DNA of 64,000 nt from a virus. The stretch is from positions 34,507 through 98,506 of IMG/VR virus record IMGVR_UViG_3300020175_000005; one strand, written 5' to 3'. Both the position numbers and the translations under genes were made by a program. Positions 56,716 to 64,000 of this stretch are shown here, in pieces; position 1 is the stretch's first letter; each line of letters starts with the position of its first letter. The notes under the pieces are model-generated. The model saw only the letters and a program-made list of their open reading frames with translations, had not been told where the DNA came from and ran no database searches.

Positions 56716-57054
56716 TTATTTGAGGTACTGTGGACCAGTCCATCCTACGGTATAATGATCAGCGAGTATGTTTCCACGTGCTGCGTTGCGTGTTGGAGTG
56801 TTAAAGCCGGCTGCTTTCAATATATCACCCTTATAGAACTTTTTATCATTTTCAGATTTAACAATAAAACCCCAAACTGAACTCTTAGTGATAATTTTAA
56901 TATATTTAATGCCTTCTTTAACTTCGATACGATCATTAAATTCATCAATCATTTTTTGGGTATGCGCTTCAACTTTGCGAGTACCATTTCGTGTCATAAA
57001 CTTAGCATAGTCTGCTTTAATTGTTTCAATCAACATATTGATTTCATTTTGCAT
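56716..57054 (-). CDS. Conserved early phage protein
   Basis: KYIKI...SVWGFIV...GDILKAAGFNTP..AARGNI. Start re-called at MQNEIN (GGAG RBS). Confidence 0.75.
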   Translation of the reverse strand: MQNEINMLIETIKADYAKFMTRNGTRKVEAHTQKMIDEFNDRIEVKEGIKYIKIITKSSVWGFIVKSENDKKFYKGDILKAAGFNTPTRNAARGNILADHYTVGWTGPQYLK

Positions 57055-57122
57055 ATCGTGTACTCCAGCTTTGTTTAACTTACTCATATAATATAGCAGT
57101 AAGACATCTTGATGTCAAGAAG

Positions 57123-57159
57123 AAAGCGAACAATAAAATCGTTCGCTTTCAATAGGTTA
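57123..57159. repeat. 37-bp promoter-upstream element, copy 2
   Basis: Identical to 55467-55503; upstream of TTGACA-tcaagatgtcttactgc-TATATT. Confidence 0.9.
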
Positions 57160-57178
57160 TAATTTTTATTAAAAATAA

Positions 57179-57637
57179 TTACAAAGAAATATCTTCAAGT
57201 CCAGCCGCACGTAGTTTAACAATGTTATTAATTTGAAACTGTTTTGCCTCAAGTGCTTTAATCACACCGATAAATCTATTTCGCACTAAGCTGAAATCGT
57301 TGATGAGGTATTGTAAGTTAACTACTTCCTCTTCCCCATCAACGAATTTTTCAGCATCTCGACTAGACAGAGCCCTATTGTAGGATTCTAAAAACTTGCG
57401 AAAGATCTTACTGCGAGTCCTACGCATTTCTGTATTTAGAAATTCCAGTATCGCTTCGACTTCCTGAAGCTGATTGAAACGGTGCTCGACAATACCCGGC
57501 ATGTCACGGCTCTGTTTTTCGAGATTACCTTTCATTCCACATTCATATCTAGCTGAGTCAATTTCACGCTCAAAGTGAGAAATTGCACTAACAATCTCAG
57601 CCATATTTGCAGTAACTTTACGATACCAAATGCTCAT
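57179..57637 (-). CDS. uvsY: Recombination mediator UvsY-like protein
   Basis: Helical, C-terminal KQFQINNIVKLRAAGLED; downstream of uvsX. Confidence 0.8.
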   Translation of the reverse strand: MSIWYRKVTANMAEIVSAISHFEREIDSARYECGMKGNLEKQSRDMPGIVEHRFNQLQEVEAILEFLNTEMRRTRSKIFRKFLESYNRALSSRDAEKFVDGEEEVVNLQYLINDFSLVRNRFIGVIKALEAKQFQINNIVKLRAAGLEDISL

Positions 57638-57640
57638 TTT

Positions 57641-57913
57641 TTACCAATCTAACTCTTCGTCATCTTCATTGGCGTCTTCAAAAACATCAACATCTTCTTC
57701 TTCCATTTCGAGATATGCATCAACTGCGTCACTTAAAAACTGGCAATGCTCTGCTAATTCTGCAACATTGTCTTTAATTTCAAATCCGTGGTCAACCAAA
57801 TGGCCGACCACTTCTTCTGCGAAAGAATCTTTATCTTTGTTTGATATGATTAACGAAGTCGCACTATCATACATTTGGAATACAAATTCCAGATCTGAAT
57901 CACTCAATACCAT
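57641..57913 (-). CDS. Acidic hypothetical protein
   Basis: Start re-called at MVLSDSD. Confidence 0.7.
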   Translation of the reverse strand: MVLSDSDLEFVFQMYDSATSLIISNKDKDSFAEEVVGHLVDHGFEIKDNVAELAEHCQFLSDAVDAYLEMEEEDVDVFEDANEDDEELDW

Positions 57914-59030
57914 CGGCTGTCTCCTCGATATAAGGAGTTTCCTCCGTTGTGATATCCAATGTATCTTCTTCTGCAATTACTTCAATAGCATCAACAACCT
58001 CATCGTCATATTCGGTCATAATGAGATCTAATGCACCATCCTTGTTAGCATTCCAAGGCTTACGGAACATCTTGATTACTTCACCAGTTACATGGCTAGT
58101 ATATTCCAAACTATTGCCGCTTTTCTTGAGAATATCTTTTGCTTCCAAAAACTCTACAAGACCACTATATGGGCTCATACCTGTTTCATAAGGAATTTCA
58201 ACTTGGACGCTTTCAAAAGGTTTTGCATAACGTGTTTTCATAACCTTACATGCTGCACGAATACCATGCACTTGCGAAGTTTTATTGCCGTCTGCATCTG
58301 TTTTCAATTTCAATTTACGCATCGCAACAACAATGCTTGATGCATAGATGAAACCTTGACCACCTGAAATCTTATCATCTGGGTCAAACATATCTTGTGA
58401 TGCGTATGTGTGGTTAGTTGCCATTAAGCCTACGTTGTATTCGCCAAACATATTAACTGTGTTGCGAACAAGTGATGTTAGTGCCTTGGGCTTACGACCC
58501 AGATCACCTTTCATATCACCAGCTTCAAACTGTTTAACATCTGTCGGCGTGAGCATCATGCCCAATGAGTCAACTACAAACAATACTTTAGGGCGCTCGT
58601 CCTTTTCCTTATCTGCAAACTCTTTCTTATAGTCTGTCATAAAATCACTAATAACTTTAGCAACATCATCGATCATAGCCAAGTTGAGTTTTAGTAGTTT
58701 TTCTGGAGACGTGTCTACGTCTAGAGCATGTAGCCAGCTTTCATCAAGTGCATTTTCTGTATCAATTAGTACAACAAAAATTCCTTGATCCTGTGCTTGT
58801 TTAACAATATTACCTGAAGCAATATATGATTTACCTGCGCCGGATTCTCCAGCTAGTACTGATACTTTACCAAGTGGAATACCTTTGTTGAAGTCTCCAC
58901 TGATTAGTTTGTTTAGGGTATAATTACCCGTGCTGATCCATGTATCTGGATCATTAAACCCGACACTAAGTCCAGGTACCGCCTTAGTAATACTCTTGCG
59001 GAATTTACTTACATCAAATGGTCGTGCCAT
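57900..59030 (-). CDS. uvsX: RecA-like recombinase UvsX
   Basis: AGESGAGKS, IDTENALD, VVDSLGM, NHTY and SGG. Confidence 0.95.
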   Translation of the reverse strand: MARPFDVSKFRKSITKAVPGLSVGFNDPDTWISTGNYTLNKLISGDFNKGIPLGKVSVLAGESGAGKSYIASGNIVKQAQDQGIFVVLIDTENALDESWLHALDVDTSPEKLLKLNLAMIDDVAKVISDFMTDYKKEFADKEKDERPKVLFVVDSLGMMLTPTDVKQFEAGDMKGDLGRKPKALTSLVRNTVNMFGEYNVGLMATNHTYASQDMFDPDDKISGGQGFIYASSIVVAMRKLKLKTDADGNKTSQVHGIRAACKVMKTRYAKPFESVQVEIPYETGMSPYSGLVEFLEAKDILKKSGNSLEYTSHVTGEVIKMFRKPWNANKDGALDLIMTEYDDEVVDAIEVIAEEDTLDITTEETPYIEETADGIE

Positions 59031-59089
59031 ATGTATCTCCTAAATTAATATCGGAGGCGACTCATTGTCGCCTCCATAATGTGTTGGAT

Positions 59090-60094
59090 TTAGTCTTCTT
59101 TGCGTGACCGGATCATTGCAAGAATGTCTTGCGCACTTGCTTGTGGTGCCTCTGCTGCTGGTGCAGGTGCTGCTGGAGCGGGTGCAGGTGCTGCTTCTGC
59201 TACTGGAGCAGGTGCCGCTGGAGCGGGTGCAGGTGCTGCTTCTGCTACTGGAGCAGGTGCCGCTGGAGCGGGTGCATATGAGCGTGAGCCTGATGCTGGA
59301 GCATCTACGCCGTATGGACGATAGAACTCTGCAAAACGCTCAGGATCATATAGTTGACCATCTACACTTGCTTCAAACATTTCCATGATTGCATTAAGTG
59401 CGTTTTGGTCTGGCTTCTTTGGAAGGAAGTCATTGAGATTAAACAAGCCATGTGTTGCAATTGCATCACGTTCTGCTTGATCTAGACCACGTTCGCGGCG
59501 AGCCCAGTTAGATGTTCCGTAATCTGCATACTGACCTTTTTTACCTTTGGTAACTTTAAAGTCTGTGCCCAACTCATAGTCAGTTGGAAGTTCTTGGAAC
59601 TCTGGATCCATAAGAGCCGAACTGATAATTTTATAAATTTGAGGAGAGATTACAAAACGTCGAATTGAATTCTCAGGAACATTGTCTTCTGCCATATCAC
59701 TTTGTGTTACAAAGCCTTGGAAGATATATGAACGTTTTTTCCAATACTTTCGAGCCATGTCTTCCATTGAAGGATCTTTAAACCATGGACGAATTTCTGC
59801 GTGTACCGGACAGCTCTGTCCTTCCCACATTTCTACACAGGGTACCTGTACAGTTACTGGTTTATTCTCGTCGCCGCCTTTGACGCCGGAAAACTCCATG
59901 CGAATCATTTGACGCTCTTTCCAAAAGAACGTATTCATTTCATCTGCATCTGGGAGGAAACGCAATGTTGCGCTAGTGTTTTCTGGAATGTTCCAGTGTG
60001 CGAAAATAGCGTTGTCTCCGCCGCCTGTTGTTCGCTTGTTATTTTGTGAATTATCTTGTGCGAGCAATTTTGCTCTGATTTCTGCTAGTGACAT
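59090..60094 (-). CDS. Single-stranded DNA-binding protein (T4 gp32-like)
   Basis: LRFLPD, CPV, YWKKRSY and ADYGTSNW motifs; Ala/Pro linker before the C-terminal helix. Confidence 0.92.
   Translation of the reverse strand: MSLAEIRAKLLAQDNSQNNKRTTGGGDNAIFAHWNIPENTSATLRFLPDADEMNTFFWKERQMIRMEFSGVKGGDENKPVTVQVPCVEMWEGQSCPVHAEIRPWFKDPSMEDMARKYWKKRSYIFQGFVTQSDMAEDNVPENSIRRFVISPQIYKIISSALMDPEFQELPTDYELGTDFKVTKGKKGQYADYGTSNWARRERGLDQAERDAIATHGLFNLNDFLPKKPDQNALNAIMEMFEASVDGQLYDPERFAEFYRPYGVDAPASGSRSYAPAPAAPAPVAEAAPAPAPAAPAPVAEAAPAPAPAAPAPAAEAPQASAQDILAMIRSRKED
59172..59276. repeat. 45-bp tandem repeat (about 2.3 copies) encoding the Ala/Pro linker of the SSB
   Basis: Repeat units start at 59172, 59217 and 59262. 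Confidence 0.9.
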
Positions 60095-60189
60095 AATGTT
60101 TTTCCTTTATTAGCCTATATTAGTAGCGAAGAACTATTCTTCACTTTGTGTGTTGTAGTCTATTGACTACTTGCCTTTGTTTGCCTATA

Positions 60190-60218
60190 CAGTATAGTAC
60201 TTTGAGTGCTTACTGTCA
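60190..60218 (-). promoter_or_regulatory. Sigma70-type promoter for the SSB gene
   Basis: TTGACA-gtaagcactcaaagtac-TATACT. Confidence 0.8.
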
Positions 60219-60237
60219 AGCACTTTTTGCAAAATAA

Positions 60238-61518
60238 TTATCCAACCATTTTGCGTAGTGTAAGCATAACACCTTCATCAAGTGCAATGCTTTCAACTGG
60301 TTCTGAAACACGGTTGGCTGTTTTGTTTAAATACATAGCCATCTGTGCAACTAAGTTTAATGTTTTTGGTGACATCTCTGTAACCAATTCACTTAGTCTT
60401 AGCAAGTGATTTGCACCTGCGTCATTTTTAGCATTTGTTCCTAGGAAAGTAAGCATGGAGGCCAGCTTTGCTGACGAACCATGTTGTCCACCAAATTTAT
60501 TTGGATCCTGATGATCAGGATGGTCTGGATCATTTGCATCAAACGAAATACCAAAGTCTTGCTTGTCTTTAATCATATCGTATAGTGCAGAAATGGTTTC
60601 TTTCTCCATGCTATCTTTAAATGCTGCTTCGCCTACAATCTTATTGACACGAGTCATTGCTTTTTCCAAATCTTCAGTTGTAATAGTATTGTATAGGAAT
60701 TTTTCTGAAATGTCAACACCTTTGTCTTCTTCTGTCACTTCTTGTGCTTGGAAGTTGTTATAACCTTTAAGTGTTGTGAGACTATTGATTGTTTCTTTTA
60801 GTCGGGCCATGTGGCCACGTACTGTTTCTACAATCTCGGTATTATTCTCATTTACCAATTTGTTTGATCTAACATGTCTTACAAACTTGTTTAAATCTGC
60901 GATCTCTTCACATAATGATAAAATACTTACACCTTTATCATCATAAGGAGTACCGCCTTCGTTGACGTGCATCGCCATCGCTTTTGCTCCTGCCATGTAT
61001 TTGTATGGGAAGCTAAATCTTTCACCTTGGGAGTTTTCAATGAATAAGCTGTGTATGTTACGGCTACGTGATCCACGTACTTCTTCGTTAACACCTTTTG
61101 TGTGCTTAATGATTAGTTTGGCTTTTTGCATTGGCATATAGCTCGTTTTTACGCCGCCAAAGGCTTTGCCAAATGCTGCTGATTCTGTTACACTTTGATG
61201 TGCAAAATCTTTTGGGGTTATTGTTTTATCAAACTTTTTCACTGTAAATTCACCTAGGTTCTTGTGGGCTATGTTTTTAATAATAGATATTAATTTTTTA
61301 TTTGCTACGACGTCGAAATCATGTCCCGCCTGAACTAAAACTTCTGCTTTTGTATCATTGAAACGTATACTTACCATTAAGTCAGCGTCTGACGAATAGA
61401 AGCGTGTAGCTTCTACCGGATCAGTTGTTTTACTTCCATCATTCTTATATAGCAATAGGCTGTAATTTGCGCCTTTTAATACATTGAATATTTCTGAACT
61501 TAAATCTTCGTTTTCCAC
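60238..61518 (-). CDS. Conserved hypothetical protein between terminase and SSB
   Basis: RSRNIHSLFIENSQGERF...AMAMHVNEGG motif; GTG start; late motif upstream. Confidence 0.8.
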   Translation of the reverse strand: MENEDLSSEIFNVLKGANYSLLLYKNDGSKTTDPVEATRFYSSDADLMVSIRFNDTKAEVLVQAGHDFDVVANKKLISIIKNIAHKNLGEFTVKKFDKTITPKDFAHQSVTESAAFGKAFGGVKTSYMPMQKAKLIIKHTKGVNEEVRGSRSRNIHSLFIENSQGERFSFPYKYMAGAKAMAMHVNEGGTPYDDKGVSILSLCEEIADLNKFVRHVRSNKLVNENNTEIVETVRGHMARLKETINSLTTLKGYNNFQAQEVTEEDKGVDISEKFLYNTITTEDLEKAMTRVNKIVGEAAFKDSMEKETISALYDMIKDKQDFGISFDANDPDHPDHQDPNKFGGQHGSSAKLASMLTFLGTNAKNDAGANHLLRLSELVTEMSPKTLNLVAQMAMYLNKTANRVSEPVESIALDEGVMLTLRKMVG

Positions 61519-61557
61519 ATTGATGCCCTCTTGTTATATGTATTTATGCAAATAGGC

Positions 61558-63111
61558 TTATAAAAAGCTCATTGGCATTGGCTCGTCATAATCGTCATCA
61601 TCATCTGTTCCTAGATATTCAAATGCTGCATCTTCATACCTAGTCACTTCCTGTGCCATGCGTACAATTAATACTAATGACATAACTAGATCATCAGTTT
61701 CACCTTCTTTAGCACTAAAACTATTACCACGGGCAATAAATGTTTTTAATTCTCTTAATAGAGGTGCGCTGGCTATCTCAATTTTATCTGTCTCAACCCA
61801 ATGCTTTAATTTAGCACATGCTGATAGCTTTGTTTTGTGTGTTGTAGTGAACCCACGTCTGAGCTTTGTACTGTTGCCACGTTTTTTTGGTTCAGTTAAA
61901 AATGTTCCTGGTATATTTTCTTCGCCAATACCTTCAACCGTGACAAGTGCCGCTTCGCCAAGGGTGTTGTTTTCTATACTATAGTATATTTCACTCTTTC
62001 CTTTACTTTCTGTTTCAATATATTTGCATAATGTCTGCAATATTTTAACCTGCTGTTGTATTGGGGTTTTATTATGCATCCACTCTGCCACTTGTAGCAT
62101 GCCAGGAAGTTCGTATACTTGTATAGCTGCATTGTCGCCTCCTGTTCCTAAGCTAGGATCTAATGACAGCAAATACAGTGCGCCAGGTTTAACTGGCTTG
62201 TACCAACGTACCTGTCCTTGTTTAGCCCATGGATCTTTTGATTCCATCATGGTTAACTTTAAACCACTAATTAAAGTTTCATCAAAGGCAATAAATTCAT
62301 TTAGGTGTTCGCGGCGGAAACGTTCTTCACCAATTTTAGCTTCTTCCTCATCTGCCCATTCTTGATCTCTATCTGGATGTTCTTTCCAATCAGCGTTATA
62401 GCTCTTGAACCCATTCTTACCTGTTGCTTTTTTGTTGCCATACTCGTCAATTGTATTGCATGCTTCACGCCAAATTTGTGCAAACTGATCATCGTCCTGG
62501 TTGGGTGTACTGGTAATAATACATTTACCGCCAGTACTTAGGGTAGGAGATAGTGCTGTCCAGAATTCACGGGCAATGCTGGGACGCACAAATGCAAATT
62601 CGTCCAAGTATGCTAACGATATACTCAAACCACGTCCGGTGTTATCTGTTGTTGCCTGTGCAATGATTCGGCTACCATTGTCAAACTCTATACTACCTTT
62701 GTTGTAGCTAGTAACACCAGCTCGGATAAAGTTAGGCAATAATTCATAGCTGAAACGAATACGTGTCATAATCTCTTGTGCACCACTATATTTGTGAGCT
62801 GCAATAAGGATGGTTTGGTCAGGCATAAACATACTGTACCACAGTAAATACGCACCAGCTGCTGTTGACTTGCCCATTTGACGACTAATCAATGCAATAC
62901 TATACCTATAATCATGATATGATCGTATTAGCTCTTTTTGGTACCCAAAAAGTTTAAATTTCATACGTCCCTTTGTTGGATGTTGTATCCAGCAATATTC
63001 TTCAATAAAATACAAAGGGTCATCCATGCATTTAGCAAGTTCTAATATCTGCTCTTGGGTGTATGTTTCTTTTATATAAGGGGTTTTAGTTAATTTAGTA
63101 TCTACACTCAT
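61558..63111 (-). CDS. Terminase large subunit (T4 gp17-like)
   Basis: SRQMGKS, LDEFAFV, ITSTPN, LDPSLGTGGD and DDLVM. Confidence 0.96.
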   Translation of the reverse strand: MSVDTKLTKTPYIKETYTQEQILELAKCMDDPLYFIEEYCWIQHPTKGRMKFKLFGYQKELIRSYHDYRYSIALISRQMGKSTAAGAYLLWYSMFMPDQTILIAAHKYSGAQEIMTRIRFSYELLPNFIRAGVTSYNKGSIEFDNGSRIIAQATTDNTGRGLSISLAYLDEFAFVRPSIAREFWTALSPTLSTGGKCIITSTPNQDDDQFAQIWREACNTIDEYGNKKATGKNGFKSYNADWKEHPDRDQEWADEEEAKIGEERFRREHLNEFIAFDETLISGLKLTMMESKDPWAKQGQVRWYKPVKPGALYLLSLDPSLGTGGDNAAIQVYELPGMLQVAEWMHNKTPIQQQVKILQTLCKYIETESKGKSEIYYSIENNTLGEAALVTVEGIGEENIPGTFLTEPKKRGNSTKLRRGFTTTHKTKLSACAKLKHWVETDKIEIASAPLLRELKTFIARGNSFSAKEGETDDLVMSLVLIVRMAQEVTRYEDAAFEYLGTDDDDDYDEPMPMSFL

Positions 63112-63854
63112 CTTGCTCTTTCCAGATTAAAAATAATACTGTATCTAGGTGTTTTATCACCGCCTAGATATGTTACTCCATGAGTAGTTGGCTCATAACC
63201 ATTTTCAGTTGCGTAATCTCCCCATCCCCACAGGGTATAATTATTTGAGAGTTCATTGCCTGTAATCATGTGGTTATTTTTCATATAATAATATGCACGA
63301 CTACTTTCTCCCAAATGCAAACTTCCATAATTTTCATCTTCGTGGTCGTTGCCAAAACGTACAAAATTCCAAAACATATAGCTATGGTAATCTACATTTT
63401 TTGGTATGTCATATTTTACAATCATTAATGTTGTTTGAGTTGCATTGTTAAACAATTTTCCTTTTTGTTTAAGATCGCCTAAAAACGTGTCTCTTATATT
63501 ATAAAAATATTCCAGTGCTGGAATTTCGGTTGTATTAGCCCACTCTGGTATATATAATTTATCCCTAGTAACTATATCGTTTATGGTTGAACCTCGATCG
63601 TCTGGTTGTTTTTCTGGTGGTAAATTTGCTCCAGGTTGGTGCCAATCATGTAATCCTGCCATACAGTCTTTATCCCAGGCTATACACTTGTTAGTATACT
63701 TATATGTCCAAACCCTGCGAGGTGTTTTATCGTCTGCAACAAAAGTTAAATCAAAAAGGTCCTTCTTTCCTTCTAATTGATTAAAAAGTTCATTACACTT
63801 TTCCCATCTGTCGTTGAACTGACCTAATCTAGGTTCTTTTTTAATCTCAATCAT
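63108..63854 (-). CDS. Putative 2OG-Fe(II) oxygenase, paralog of 14655-15527
   Basis: DHEDE..LHLGE...TTHG...RYSIIF. Confidence 0.6.
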   Translation of the reverse strand: MIEIKKEPRLGQFNDRWEKCNELFNQLEGKKDLFDLTFVADDKTPRRVWTYKYTNKCIAWDKDCMAGLHDWHQPGANLPPEKQPDDRGSTINDIVTRDKLYIPEWANTTEIPALEYFYNIRDTFLGDLKQKGKLFNNATQTTLMIVKYDIPKNVDYHSYMFWNFVRFGNDHEDENYGSLHLGESSRAYYYMKNNHMITGNELSNNYTLWGWGDYATENGYEPTTHGVTYLGGDKTPRYSIIFNLERAR

Positions 63855-64000
63855 CGACCAAATGCCCATTCACGTTCACGACACCACCAACATTCACCAC
63901 AAGTTGTGGTCATCCAAACTGGACTGTCTCGATTGTGTCTGGCTTCCTGTTCACAACTTCTAGTGTAGGGAAATAATAACTTTATCATTCCCAATTGGGG
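63851..64000 (-). CDS. C-terminus of a QueC-like (7-cyano-7-deazaguanine synthase-like) protein, truncated by the window edge
   Basis: Hand-translated ...YTRSCEQ...CGECWWCREREWAFGR*, matching the QueC Zn-binding tail pattern. Confidence 0.6.
   Translation of the reverse strand, partial: PQLGMIKLLFPYTRSCEQEARHNRDSPVWMTTTCGECWWCREREWAFGR

Noticed and set aside
59172-59276. GC-rich tandem repeat as an origin or mobile element
   Set aside because: It is an in-frame 45-bp repeat encoding the flexible Ala/Pro linker of the SSB.
1-64000. Stop-codon reassignment or suppressor tRNAs
   Set aside because: Core genes are full length in the standard code and use TAA, TAG and TGA as stops. tRNA-Leu(UAG) and tRNA-Ser(UGA) name anticodons reading CUA and UCA; they are not suppressors.

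Overview
This is a 64-kb segment of a large, AT-rich, T4-like (Caudoviricetes) phage genome, with almost all genes on the minus strand. Core genes: terminase large subunit, gp32 SSB, UvsX, UvsY, UvsW, a gp62-like clamp-loader subunit, gp61 primase, gp41 helicase, class Ia RNR (nrdA, nrdB) with glutaredoxin, a PAAR spike, and head/tail proteins. It uses both TTGACA-17-TATATT early promoters and (T)ATAAATA late promoters. The accessory part is a host-translation and proteostasis toolkit: bS21, IF3, ClpX, ClpP, ClpS, Hsp20 behind a ROSE-like thermometer, 13 tRNAs, a possible ArfA-like peptide, and a permuted two-piece tmRNA (tag ANANKAPEMALAA). The tmRNA form and tag suggest an alphaproteobacterial host, probably Rhodobacteraceae-like. 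Most notable findings: (1) a 19-aa Trp/Pro leader peptide with terminator/antiterminator directly upstream of the tRNA-Trp and tRNA-Pro genes, i.e. a candidate ribosome-sensed attenuator controlling phage tRNAs; (2) a protein-coding ORF nested in the excised loop of the permuted tmRNA; (3) several unassigned structured ncRNA candidates; (4) a palm-only mini-DnaE. All calls come from reading the sequence by eye with no database searches, and RNA and regulatory coordinates may be off by a few nt.
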